A stretch of 64,000 bases of DNA from Auanema rhodensis (lineage: Eukaryota; Animalia; Nematoda): assembly GCA_964057225.1 (NCBI GenBank), contig OZ059898.1, forward strand, positions 14,322,001 through 14,386,000, in the 5' to 3' direction. Below are positions 12,947-26,118 of this stretch, piece by piece. Below the pieces are notes generated by a model. The model had not been told where the DNA came from, did not search any database, and saw only the letters and a list, made by a program, of their open reading frames with translations. Every line of letters starts with the position of its first letter. Positions within the stretch are counted from its first letter, which is position 1. The position numbers and the translations under genes were made by a program.

Positions 12947-15900
12947 ATGGATATAATAAGGTATATTTCTATTTCTTCTTTACATTTTTTTATTTTTAAA
13001 GTAGTTTTATTACAAAACAACAAACCTATTGACTCTCAGTTTCTTCTAATTTCTTTGAAAAATTTTGAAAAACTTGTCTATTTCTATACAGTAAGCTGTT
13101 ACCCTAATTCAGTACATTCAATTTTTTGTTCATTATTGATCTAAAAGTTGAAAAATAAAAATATCTTGTGTTTAGTCCCCCGGAAGCCGATCGAGAGTTA
13201 GTTGATTTGGATCGGGCAGCATTCGATGATGTTGGAACTAATACCAAAATTCAACAGCAATGTGTAAATTATGGTCCTCCTACCGGTAAGAAATTATTTC
13301 TATATTCTCTCATACATTTATCTTTTTGAGAAAAAAAAAATTTATTTTTCTGAATTTGAAGTTGAAGTAAATGAAAGATCATGTTTGATGTTCATTTCAG
13401 AATAACAGTTCTTCTTATTGAAATGAATCAGTCGATTTCAAAAAATCTTTTTTTTTGCTCTTAGTTCAACCAGAAAAAAAGAAAAAAAACGGAATAGTTC
13501 AATGCTTTTAGACGATCATATTCAAAAAGGCTTGTTTTTCCTAAAAATGACGGTTCCCGTTATAAAAACATTTTTGCTTTCAACCTCGTCGTGCATCGTT
13601 CAACACAAAATTTTTGTGCATAGCATCAGTTTTCTTATATGGCATGTATACTATATATTACTATTTACCTACCAATCTGATAAAAATTAAGATTTTCTAC
13701 ATCAAGAATTCATTTTTTTTTGTTTTTTTTTTCTTCTGTCAATCGACAAAATTCTCAATTTCTTACTGATTTCATACAATACTTCATATTTTCTTTCAAA
13801 GTTATCCTTACTTTTGCATCATTCTTCATGCTCAACACAATTATTTGAAAATATTTTATTAATTCTACCGCAAAATTCTACTTCTAACTCCAAATGCAGG
13901 TATGAACATTGAGTTAAAACTTACTCAAACTTACTTAACCTTTTAAAAATTTTTTTATAATCAAAATGAATTCCAAAGCAAACTGATAAAGTTTATTCAA
14001 ATTCTTTCATGGTTTACTTATATTTCAGGTTCGGGCACAACATCACCCTATGACGAAGTAGTGTGTTGCGGTTGTGGATACGAGATTCATGATCGCTATC
14101 TCCTGAAAGTATGTTTATTTAACTTTTTCTTTTAACTTTTAACATCAAAGATTTGCCGTTTAAATACAATAATTTAAACTAAAATTTGACAAAAGTAGTA
14201 GTAGAATGAGAAAGATGATCAACAAGCCTCATCGGCGAAGCATTCGCTGTCGCTTGATCATCTTGTTGAGTCAGCTTGCCTGATTCAGCTCCAAGTCTGA
14301 AACTGCATCGAGCTCTTGATGAGACGAAGAAACTTCAGTTACTTTCGTAAACGTTTATTCTATTTTTGTCTTATTTTGAATTTCAAAATGATTTTTTTGT
14401 TTATATTTTTATAAAAAAATTTGAAATAATACATCAGGTATTATTTAAAATAAATAAACAAATATTTATAATAATATTATTTTTTTATTTTACAAATTCT
14501 TGTATTTAAAAAAAAATGTTTAAGGTAATGACAGAGTCATATCATGAAAGTTGTTTGAGATGCTATGCTTGTCATCAGCTTTTAGCCGGAAATAATTCAT
14601 GTTATACCAAAGATGGTAATGTATATTGTCAAGAAGATCATTCAATGTAAGTTTTTCACCTAAAATCGTTCACTTCTCTCTCTCTCTTTCTCTTTTTCTT
14701 TTTCTTTCTTTTTAACTATAATGATTGAAAATAAGTTTGAAATTGATTGATTTAACTTGAGCTAGACTTGTATTCTTTTAATTCGAGAGGAACTAGTCGA
14801 TTGCGTGATGTGTCTCATTCTTCACGACCTGTCAAGTGACCGGGACCTCTACTTCTTCGTTTCTTCTCTTTTCAAGCTTTGTGAGGAACTTCGCTCAACA
14901 GGGCCTTCACTTGCTTTCTGTTTAATGGATCTTCATGGTTGCTTTGTCTTGTTTTTCGCTCCAAAAACGGGGGAAGCAAATATAGCTTGTCTCTATTCGA
15001 TGGTAAAAGAGACTTGACAGAAGATTGTGCTCATAATCTTGATCGGAAAGATGATGAAACCTTTGCTTCACCTCAACTCCCATAGGAGATGCTCTACCGC
15101 TTTGAAGATTAACAGATAATTAAGATTGTTTAATTTACTTACCAGACAGTTCTTCTATTTCCGGAGTGATCATCTTTTCCAGATTATGTGCTCAGTTGCA
15201 ATACTGTAGTCGAGTTGTTGAGAAATGGTCTGACTATATTTTGATTGATGCAGTTTTTTAATTGACAGATCTGCCATTATTAGGAAATTTGACCTCATAT
15301 AATCAAGATACTCTGTAAAAGTTGTCAAAATAGAAATAGTTTGGCTGGGAATGACGTAATGCTAGACTGGCTTAGATTGAAGCTTGATTGATTAACAACA
15401 TCAGCAAAACGATTGCTGTTCACACGTTTTGCGGGAAACTTGTGCTTCCGTGAATAATAATTGAGAATCGTTCATCAATCATATTCTTTAGTTTATAAAC
15501 ATGCTATGAAACCTCTTATAACCCTAAGAATACAGTTTAGTGATGTAGCTCACGGCTAAACACTAATCTCCTAATAGCTGGTTTATGATAAGGGATTATG
15601 CCTTTCTATGGGTGTATCCAGAAGCCCTGGAACTCAAATAGATCGCTCATAAAACCTATGATGGCTTCTTTTTATGTCAATGGATACACTGAATCCATGG
15701 TGGCTCACGATAAAAACCTTTTTCTCTCAATCTCTCTTATCCTCCCCCTCTCTCTCTCCGTGTTATGTATTCTCGAACTCTAGCAGCCTCTCTTACTACC
15801 CTCATTCAGAAAAGCAAAGAATCTCGATAACATTCAAGGGATGTATACCTTTTACCTGTACTTTTTGATTCAAAAATAATATTATTTAATATTAATCGCA

Positions 15901-18589
15901 AAGGCTATACAAGGACAAACGGATATAACATATCCTACTGAGCTCTTAACATGCTCTTAACCTGCTCAGAAAGGGATTACGGTATCGCGGTAAAATTGAG
16001 TCAAGAGGTTACTGGACAAGCTTGTAAAAGATTATCCTACGCACGGTATTATCTAATTACATAGTATAATCAGGATATTGAAGAGTCAGATATTACATTT
16101 GGCCAGGTGTCATCATGTCATCATGTTCATGCTCATCTCTGACTCTTGAGCATAGCTTATATAATCTGATTTTTCTTAATCACATCATAGAATTCATAAT
16201 CTTTTGCCACCAATATATTGTGGATTTATAGAAAGTGTAGAAAAATAGAATGTTAAAGAAGCTTGCACGGAAGGGCGTCAGAAAGAACGAATGAAGTACT
16301 ACCGTATGCCTACGCCCGTTACTCTTGCCTTGCTTATGCCATCCATAGCCTGGGGGGCTTCTACTTGTCTCGTAAGCCATTGGTTCATGCTGACGATCAT
16401 CTGGATGGATTCTATGAGGATCGACAGCAGCCATGAAGGCGATGTCTTTTGTTTGTTCAGCAGGAATGCATCTGCCAATAAGGGAATTTAATTGCTTCTG
16501 TAGGCAAATAGCTGTCTTTAGCAGCAAATATCAAGAGAAATGGGGACTCTTCTGAATATGGGCATCTTCCATCACTTCCTTCACATATCTTCTCCCTCGT
16601 TTTCTCTCATATTCTCGCTTTCTCTCTTTATCTGTGTCAAGTTTGCTCTCTCACTTCTCCATACACATGTAAAGATCTTATAATTTATTTTTCTCTAATT
16701 CTTCCTATTTTCCCTCTTATTCCAGGGGTAGAAGTACAGATGTTGAATTTGAACATCTACGCTCATCAACACTTCGAGCTTTCTCCCCTAATCAAGTAAA
16801 AACATATTTTGTACCGAAATCTGAAACCAAAAAAACAGAGTAGTTGGAAGTTCAATGATAGAGTTTCACTAAATAGCAACATTTTATTCTTTAGTTGTTC
16901 AAACATTTATATGAATATACAAATTTTTGGAATCGCATTGAAAAATCATTTTGTAACGTCAGCGATCTTGACTACCACTACTGTGCTCACTTTCCGTTGC
17001 TCACCTCTCTACTACCACCTCATACTCTCATCTTTACAATCATTGTCATCACAATGGAATATTACGGTATAATCATGTATTGTATATCGCTGTGGGAAGC
17101 TGGAAGCTGAAACCCTCAATATCACAGCAGCTATACTCCAATATTCCACATAGATCAGGACCGTGGGGACACTCATAGACACAGTGCATTCCAATCTGTA
17201 TTTGTCACAAAATTTTTCGACATTCATACACATATTATTTTTCTGAAAAAGCAGTCATCGATAGAACAGCTACCTAAATGGATTCATGTGTTTCATTTGA
17301 TTGTAATGCATATTCTCCATCAATGTCTTATACTGAGCTAACTTCATCAGCTCATTGTCATTCCTGGTCAAGCAACTTTGAATCGTAAGCCTTGCCTATA
17401 AGATTAAACATTTTTCCCCCTTCTTTCTACTTAAAATACTAACAATAAAATATAATATTCATTTTCAGGCTATTTGCCAGACGATGTGCACGATGTGCTC
17501 AAACACTGGAATCTACAGATCTTGTTTATCGCTGTATGCAAAATACTTATCACTCACGTTGTTTTACCTGTTGTTACTGTAGAATTCCATTTACAAAGGT
17601 AAATATTAATTTTCTGAAAAATTAAATTTGAAATGAAAATTACTGTTGGAAAACTGAAATACAACCGCTCTTGAATGAAAATAAAAATAAAATGAAAATT
17701 AAACAACATGAATTAGATATTCTAATGAGCACGTGAAACTATTTTCTCTTTAATTATAATCAATTATGCATATTTATACAATTACATCTAACTATATATT
17801 TTTAATTTTTTTAGTTTTTTATTCAAATTTCATAGCAACTGATTTTAGGGTGATGAATATCTTATGGTAGAAGGCGAAATTGTTTGTCGAAATGATTATC
17901 ACATGTTACAATCTCATTTACCTCCTCGTATGTTTCAATTCTTCAAATGAATATTTCAAATAATGAAAATGTTTAGCTATGGCTATTCCAACACTGTCGT
18001 ATGATTATGATCAATCGGATCCATCAAGAAAAACACCGAAAAGACCTAGAACTATTTTAAATGCTCAACAGAGACGACAGTTCAAAGCAGCATTTGAGAA
18101 AAGCGCAAAACCATGTAGAAAAGTGAGTGAAAATATTATTTTAGCCTTTATTGTATTATTTATAATTTGTATAGGTTAGAGAACAATTGGCTAAAGAAAC
18201 TGGGCTAAGTGTTCGAGTAGTTCAAGTTTGGTTTCAAAACCAACGAGCTAAGGTAAGGATGAGCTTTCCATAAATTCTAATTCATAAATTATGTTCTAGA
18301 TGAAGAAAATTCAACGTAAGGAAGATAATAAGAGATCATCCGGCAGTACTATTAAGTCAGATGACGCCAAAGGCTCAGATAAGAGTTCCGATGACGGTAT
18401 ATTCAATAATTTCAGCAATTCTTACCTCAAATTCATAATGTTTCAGAGGTTGATACCGATACTGAGGAAATAGAGTGTGATGAAAACCGAGCAACATCTG
18501 TAAAAACTGAACTAAGCGATATGGATCATATAAGCAATCCAATCGAAAAGCTATATAACATGCAGAATACATACTTTCAATATAGTTGA
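12947..18589 (+). CDS. lim-6: LIM-homeodomain transcription factor, Lmx1/LIM-6; about 10 exons
   Basis: LIM1 [15 protein letters not shown]|[16 protein letters not shown]...YCQEDH; LIM2 RRCARCAQ...[11 protein letters not shown]...VCRNDY; homeodomain [31 protein letters not shown]|[26 protein letters not shown]; Lmx-type C-terminus [14 protein letters not shown]. The first exon and ATG (12947) are less certain. Confidence 0.93.
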
Positions 18590-19161
18590 AGCGTAGCAAC
18601 ATTGCATTTCTCTACTATTTCTACCTGATTCTTCATAGGATATGAACACATTTTATATTTCTTATCATATCATCGTCATATTATAATCCAGAAGTTGTCC
18701 TAATAACTACAGAAAATGCTGATTTATAAACTTTTTAGCAGCTTTTTGGCCATTTTACAGTATGTTTATTATATATTTATATATCTCAGAATATGTGAAA
18801 CATTTCCTAATGTTGTTGAGATAACCACTTATTTTCACCAAATGGGTTTTTTTTATGTTGCATTTTAAACTGTATAATAATTATCATAATTATCATAATT
18901 ATATTCAAATAATATTCATTTATATTCATTTTTGCCATAATTCATTATTTTTTGCTTAACTAATGTATGTGCAAGACAAGATATTCTAGTCATGTTGCTA
19001 ATAAAAGTTTTATTCATGTTCTTTCCAATATTACCCAATGTTCAGATTTTCATAACATAATGCAGGTGTCACAAGCAATTAAGACTCATTCTTGGCATGA
19101 AAGCAGGAGAAACAACTAAAGCAACCACATACCCTTCGTAACACATGGTCTAGTCTATCTG

Positions 19162-19191
19162 GTTGCCATGACAATATTCCGTTGCCGCAAC
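19162..19191 (+). promoter_or_regulatory. X-box (RFX/DAF-19 site) upstream of the ciliary gene mksr-1, plus an adjacent X-box-like element
   Basis: GTTGCCATGACAAT at 19162-19175 fits the GTTGCCATGGCAAC-type consensus about 160 bp upstream of the ATG; GTTGCCGCAAC follows at 19181-19191. Confidence 0.8.
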
Positions 19192-19332
19192 GAGCTTCAT
19201 ACGCTCAAGCCACTATTCACTCTTCAAATCTCATTTCTTTATCATTTTCAATCATAGGAAAGGATTTCAGCACAAATTTCTTTGTTTACATAAAAATTTC
19301 CCTTTGAAAAATGCTTTCTGTATGAAGGAATA

Positions 19333-20269
19333 ATGTTCCGAGATTCCAAATCACAATTCCTTGTTGTCGTCAATGGCCAAGTTGAATCCGCTCGGGTAGT
19401 TTCATTACATTATCATAAATAATTAAAAATCTTTTTTTAGTTTCCAGCAATACCTGATATATCAGTGAGATTGTTTTACTCTTACGGCCCAGATTGGTAT
19501 TTGGTTGCTGGTCCTTCAGACTTTCTATCATCACTATGTTCACGAGGGCACGGACCAGATATAACAATAGATTTACCCTTTGAAGGAACATTTTCATCAA
19601 CAAACCCGTTTAAATGTAAGGTTTTTGATTAAAATAATGTTGATAACATCACTTTAAGGGCCTCAAATAGCCGTTGTTTGTTATGGTAGAGATTTCTTTG
19701 GGCATGATGTCATCAGAGGTTATGGCGCAACAAGAATACCAACAGTTCCCGGAAGGTATTTAAATCAATAAACTTAACTTTCATCGGCTTCTTGTAGACA
19801 TAGATTAACAGTACCGTGCTTCACTCCAGAGCCTTCAACCATGTTTCAAAGAATAATGGGCTTATTCTGGGGAAAACGAGCAGAGTTTTTAGACCCAGCC
19901 ATAACAACAAAAGCAGAAGGACGACACGGTTCGTTGTGCAATGATTGCGAAATATTTCGACATGTTTGCAGCCGCCAGAGTTTCAACTCAAGGAGTCCTA
20001 TCGATAACATTGAATGTACTATTAAAAGACGTTAAAAAATTAGGATTCGACGTGAGCCCATCGTCGCTGTTAAAGCCGAGTGAAGCACCCTTACCGGAGT
20101 ATCAAATAAAAGTCCCAACGAAAAAAAACCAGGCAAGAGAACAAGTAAAAAATAAAAATTTAAAAAACGAATTCAGGAACAACCGTCAATAGTAGAGACC
20201 ACCCCGCTCACAAAAGCTGATCAGGACCGTCAACTCCCTCAACTAGTAGATGAGCCCCCAACACAATAA
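19333..20269 (+). CDS. mksr-1: B9-domain ciliary transition-zone protein, B9D1/MKSR-1
   Basis: [21 protein letters not shown]|[24 protein letters not shown]...FSSTNPFK|[32 protein letters not shown]|RH...[16 protein letters not shown]|..[25 protein letters not shown] matches B9D1 along its length. The last exon (20177-20269) is tentative; the unspliced form stops at 20192. Confidence 0.92.
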
Positions 20270-20324
20270 TAAACAGTTATTAACGAATACAACTTTGTTG
20301 GCAACAAACAACAAAAAACAATAT

Positions 20325-21146
20325 TTACTTATCGGCCTTCTCGCTTTCGGAAATCTTGCGAAGGATTTCAGTTCGCTTGGCTTGCTGTCTGTCCTCTCTT
20401 CTCTTGCGGGATTCCTTATTGCGGTCACGTCTGGCTTGAGCTTGATCACTGGAAAAAAAAAACTAGATGGGAAAGAACAATACAAAGACTTACGCGAGCT
20501 GCTTGGCACGCTTGTTCTCTGACTTCTTCTTGAAGATGTACTCCATAAGGTTCTTCTTGTTCTTGAAGTTGTTACCCTTGGCGCGAAGGTAGAGCTCATG
20601 GTAAAGATGCTTGTCAATCTTCTTGGCCTCACGATATCTCTTGAGCAAGTTACGGAGAACACGCATACGTCTCATCCAGAGAACTTTCTCTGGCATACGA
20701 GCGTTAGCAGTACCACGTCTTTTACCGAGACCGGTGTGACGTCCCTACAATTAAACAAATGAATAAAAAAATAAAAAATACATTGAAAGAATTAAATTAA
20801 AATTATTATGCATAAAAGCTTACCTTTCTTCTGGCTTCGAGGTATTTGCGGGCACGGAAGCGGGAGTGGACGGCTTCTGGCTTACGGATGATAAGTCCAT
20901 CCTTTACCAGACGACGGATGTTTTGTCTGGAGTTGGCATTGGAGATCTCGCTGACCTCGTTGGGGTCAAGCCAGACCTTATTCTTTCCGCACTTAAGTAC
21001 GGAGGCAGCGAGCCGCTTTTGAAGGCGCAAATTACTAAAAATAACATATAAAAAAAGGCAATCATAGTTTCGTTGATAGCTTAACATTAAAAAATCATTT
21101 TTTTAATGATAATTTCAACATAATATACATAAAACACGTACCTCAT
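20325..21146 (-). CDS. rpl-19: 60S ribosomal protein L19 (eL19); 4 exons
   Basis: MS|[52 protein letters not shown]...|[58 protein letters not shown]...KADK*. Confidence 0.98.
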
Positions 21147-21507
21147 GATGCACCTTGTATTCCAGTTACGGAAAAAGTGATCCTATACCCAAAATAATCG
21201 CGTATATCAAAAATTTCCTGAGATAGATGTGCATGTTTATACAGTAATAGAATGATTGCTCCCGCGTCGCACCGCGAGCGTCGTCTTTGGAGCACGTTTG
21301 TAAACTTGTGTTAGTCCATCCTTTCCGTCCCCCCCCCCTTAAACATTTTCAAATTTCTAGGCTACAAAACTTCTTTTTCTATAGCCTTTAGTACACAACC
21401 TAATGAAATATTCATTCTTTTTTTTATAGTTCAAAGCTGAACAGCTTTCAAATCGTTCTCATACATTTACCAACAAACTTCTATAACCATAGAGGCTCTT
21501 TCTCCCA

Positions 21508-24500
21508 ATGGCAGTTTTCGAAATTACACAATTTCCAGATATTAAAACGACAAAACGGTAAATTATTCTCTATTCCTTCGTATTTTCCGCTATTTCTTCC
21601 CTGTTATTTTCACATGAATCCCGATAGGTGTGATCAATATAAAAATCAATGTTTATGTTATAACAGCGTTATATAAAGTGTGCGATTCTTTTCTTGTTAT
21701 CGATTTTTATGTCCCGTATGTTTGCCATTGTAGGCAACTTGGTTTCCCAAATTCAGTCTCTATTTTATAGGTTATGAAAGATTTAGCATACTACATTTTT
21801 GTGATGATAACAGAAAACAATTAGAATAATGTCTCGCATTAACTCATCTTGGGACGAGGAAGATTGTGCCTATCTTTTACGTCAGTTAGGTTAGAACAGC
21901 AATTTTTCATAGACAAATGAATCAACTTTTCAGAATTAACAGCTTTTTCTTCTGTTGTATCTGCTCTTCGTGCTCAAGGAGTTTTTAATAAATTTAAAAG
22001 TGTTGTTCTCGATAGTCTGAAAAGGGTTTTATTGTAAGATTCAATTTTTTTCAATATATTTTCATGAATTTGTTTATTTTAGCATTAATGATGAGCTCTA
22101 CAAAGCAGAAATTCGTAGGGCAGCCAACGATGAAAATCTTACTAAGGTTGCCACAGTGTAAGAAATGTTAGTATGTTTCTAAAATATTTTGAATTTTTTA
22201 GATTAAATCCTTCGTATGATACATTCACTGAATGGGGTTTGGTTAGTGCTGAGGTATTTTTATTTTATATTTTTCACTTTATTTATTGCTGTGTTTTAAA
22301 GTTCGATGATGAATTTGAAGTTCCCCAACCTCGTCTATACGAAGGTGTAGGAACTAATAGTATTGCTAGCTCTCTTCTCTCTCTCGCTACTACGCATAAT
22401 AATGAAATAGATGATTACCGAACTTCTCTTGAGCAATTACTTAACGTTCCCCATATTCCGTATGGTAATTCAATTTTTTCTTTTTTTCGTTGTACTTTAG
22501 CATTGTTTTCTAGTTCCTGAAAGATTACGAAGATATCTTCGAGGCACTGAATATCTCTTTGATATTGATCAACCTCACGTTCCTTCTACATCCCAACCAG
22601 GAATGCGAACCCCTATTGTGAGGAAACGTCCTGCCGATAAAGAAACGCCTATCATTGTGCGTTTTTTTTTTGTTGTCCTATTTACGTTTCTATTATATTT
22701 TAGTTAAAGAGAAATGCTGGTATTCCACCAGTTTTCATTGATACTTCTGTAGAGGCTAGGAGGATCGAAAGACTTCCTGCCAAAAAAATAGTCGAAAAAA
22801 TTTCCGAATCTAGCGCCTTGAGAAAGGAAATGTATGCTCTTATATCAATTTCTTATTTCTTATTTGAATTATTATAGTGAGAAACCCCAAGACATCGCTA
22901 AACCAAGTACTTCCACTGGAATGAGAGAGGTATTTATGGAAATAGGAAATTTTTTAATAAATAATTTTTAGTCAATTCCGACAGATGCTACTATTATGTA
23001 CAAAATGCGCGTTCAAAAGGGTGCCGAAAATAAATTTTCAAAAGGTATAAAAAGTTTAAATGTAAGAAATTAATTTTTCATCTTCAGCTGTTGGTCCCCC
23101 TTCTCTTCCCCACCCAAATACTATGACGGTCTCGAAACTCCCTGAGTCGGAGTTAACTACATATGAGAAGTCTGCGCAAATAGAAGTTGAAGCTCTCCTT
23201 CATAAAATACAAAAACAGATGCAGGAAGAAGCATCGAGGGCCATTGAAACGAAAAAACCCAAAAGAAGACCCCGAAATTCCGAACCTCCCATCGAAAATA
23301 TGGTATATTGATAGTATTTTTTGAAACATTTAATATTGTATTCAATTTATTAGCCCGTTATTCCTAAAACTGCTCCTCGACCTGCAACTCATCTGCCAAT
23401 TACTAACCGGATACCTCACTTGACGGGTCCATCTACTTCATCTCCAACAGCTGGTTAGTTTTTCTATTCTGAAATTTCGATATTAAATGACATTGTTTTG
23501 ATTTTGCAGCAATTGCAAAACGTCCAAGATTAACATCATTATCTGAATTACCATCTACTAGTACAACTCCAAAAGATGTTACTTTAATCAGGACTTCTTC
23601 TGTATCTAATGCCATGAAACCCAAGCCAATTCCTGGATACCTTCCGTAATTTTGAAGATATTGAAAAAAAATTTATTCAATGTCTTCAGGAACGATACTC
23701 ACAAAAAACCAAGGACTCTCTCGCAAGGATCTCCTGTTGCTTTTCTCACTAGTAATAGAATGGTAACAAATAGTTCAGTTAGCTCTTCTAGGCCGCCTCA
23801 GGTTTGTGTAACTGAAAGCCATGATTATAAACATTCATCTCTTTAAAGGCAAGACCGTTAGGAATTTCTCCCTCATTATCCATATCGTCACTGTCATCTT
23901 CGATGATGGCTTCTTCAGAGACTGGATCTCATCATGGACATGATTATGGGGCAACTGCAACAGCGAAGTAAGAAATTAATTTTCATATTACTACGAATCG
24001 TTCAAGTTAATTTTTACAAATCTAACTTTAGTAGGACGATATACAAACCGCTCACCGTTAATCAGCACCAAGAATCATTTTATAAAGCTACAACTGCTAG
24101 AGCTAGAAACCCTCTTACTAATCCTGTTACTCTAGCTTCCCACCACCAAACCCTCCTTCCAGTTGTTCGAAGAGTAAGTATATCACATAGCTTCCCGTTT
24201 TATCAATTTTAGCTGATGATCTATTCCTTCCCTTTATAGGTTGGACATGTTATGTTTAGAAGGGATGCCTCTGGAAATATAATAACTGAACCATCCCAAT
24301 CTTCTTCTTCCCAACTTGGTAGGCGCATGATCGCTACGAATTCTCCTGGTATGTTTTCTTTTCTCGCTGCGTGTATTTAGACTTTATTTTAGTATCCGCT
24401 TCACCTATCGCCGTCGAACGGATAAGAGAAAAAATTGATCAACCGCGAGTAGAACATCCTAACGGTACACATAAAGCAAAAAAAAAGAAGATTGAACTCA

Positions 24501-24761
24501 ACGATCTAATTATAGGTTTGCACGCAGTTCATCCGCACTCCTCTGATGCTGATAGTTCAGTTATCCGCCAGGTAAAGCATTATTTTTATTTTATTACCTA
24601 CATGGCATTTTCAGTTGCCTGTACCCATTCATCGTCCTCACGCCGCTGTCCCCTTTGTCCCCATTGAGGTGCAAAAACCTAATTCGTCCATTCAGCATGA
24701 ATTTCCACCGGAAACGAAAGCGGGCGAAGCAGTTATTTCAAACCTGAAAATTCCACGATGA
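21508..24761 (+). CDS. EMSY: ENT (EMSY N-terminal) domain protein with a long Ser/Pro/Thr-rich disordered C-terminus, EMSY-like
   Basis: Exons near 21825-22250 read MSRINSSWDEEDCAYLLRQLE|LTAFSSVVSALRAQGVFNKFKSVVLDSLKRVLF|INDELYKAEIRRAANDENLTKVA...TEW, matching the EMSY ENT pattern (LRKLELEAYAGVISALRAQG...AEVRRAVNDERL). Start is either 21508 (upstream exon splices in frame) or 21829; TGA at 24759-24761. Confidence 0.8.
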
Positions 24762-26118
24762 GTTTTATTCCATTGATCTTTTCTAGAACTCATATCTCAT
24801 TACCTGTGTACTAATGGCTTTTAAATATCCAACGAAGTCTCTTACTCTGTACTGGTTTTATTTACTTTGAAATCTCAGTTCTGGTGATACTTTATACTGT
24901 ATGTGAATATTTCGCATTGTACAAAATATGTCTGTTTTTATCTGTTTGTATACTAGATCCCACATTTGTTCCCGATGTTACTAGTTGAGTCGAAATCGGT
25001 GTGTTATCTTGTTTCTTAGTTATGTTGTTTCTCTAATGAACGCTAGTGAACTAAACAAACTTTATTGTTTCGGAAATCTATTTTGTTCATTTTATTGGTA
25101 GATGGAGGTAATGTTCCTCCGGTCACAGATTATCTACAATAAGACACGAGCAAAATACGATGAAAGTTAGTCTAATTTCTATATATATACAAGTAATAAT
25201 GCTGGAACACCAAGGAGACGCAGCACAAAGAAAATAGAAAGAAATTATGCAACTTTTGATAGACAATGATAGTATTAGACTATTTATATATTATACACGA
25301 GTACTTAATTAAAAAATATCACAACACTCGAGATGGAAATACAAAAAATGAAAGAAAAGTAGGAAATGTGAGGTGAATTAAAACGAAATCTTACACAATT
25401 TCTTAAAAGTGGAAAAAAAAAGGTTCGTTTCTTAAAGAGTTAATGATAAAATGACTAGCAGATCATAAGCGATTCGAAATAATAGAATGACAACTTAAGA
25501 GTACAACTGAAGAAGTGCATGCTTAAAAGACAACAATTATACAACAAGACCATGATGATTGTTTGATATATTAATGGTACGCTTAAACCCACAACCAGCT
25601 GCTAGGACATTCGGAAGCTGTGATGGAAGTGGGATAACTTCATATTTTGCGAATTGAAAAGAAGTTATATTCTTGAGCTTTTAAAAGCGAAAGGTAGTTA
25701 AATCTTTGGTGAATATGGAGGGAATACTGGACTTCGTTAGATTCACATCCACAAAACTTGGAAACGTTATATGATATGGATTACCTTACATATTATGTTT
25801 GCCGATTTTTGCTACGACAATAACACGCAAAAGTATCCGAAAACAATGATTAAATCTTCTTTGAATAGATTCGTCTCACAAGATGAAAAAATCATGAAAA
25901 AGGTGCCTTAAAAGGCCTAAATCCTCAAATATGTATTCCGAGTTAAAAGAAAAATTAAATGCAACAACTAATAGCTGTTAACTTCTCAAGTAATCTTTTT
26001 GATTAAAAACTTTTTCAACTTCAATAATAATCTCCAAATAAATTGAGGCTCCACCATAGGACCTCCGAATGTCCTACTACAATAGCAAAGATAAATGAGT
26101 ATACTTACAAAAGTGAGC

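Noticed and set aside
20243-20662. 139-aa minus-strand and 90-aa plus-strand ORFs
   Set aside because: Alternative-frame and antisense shadows of rpl-19.
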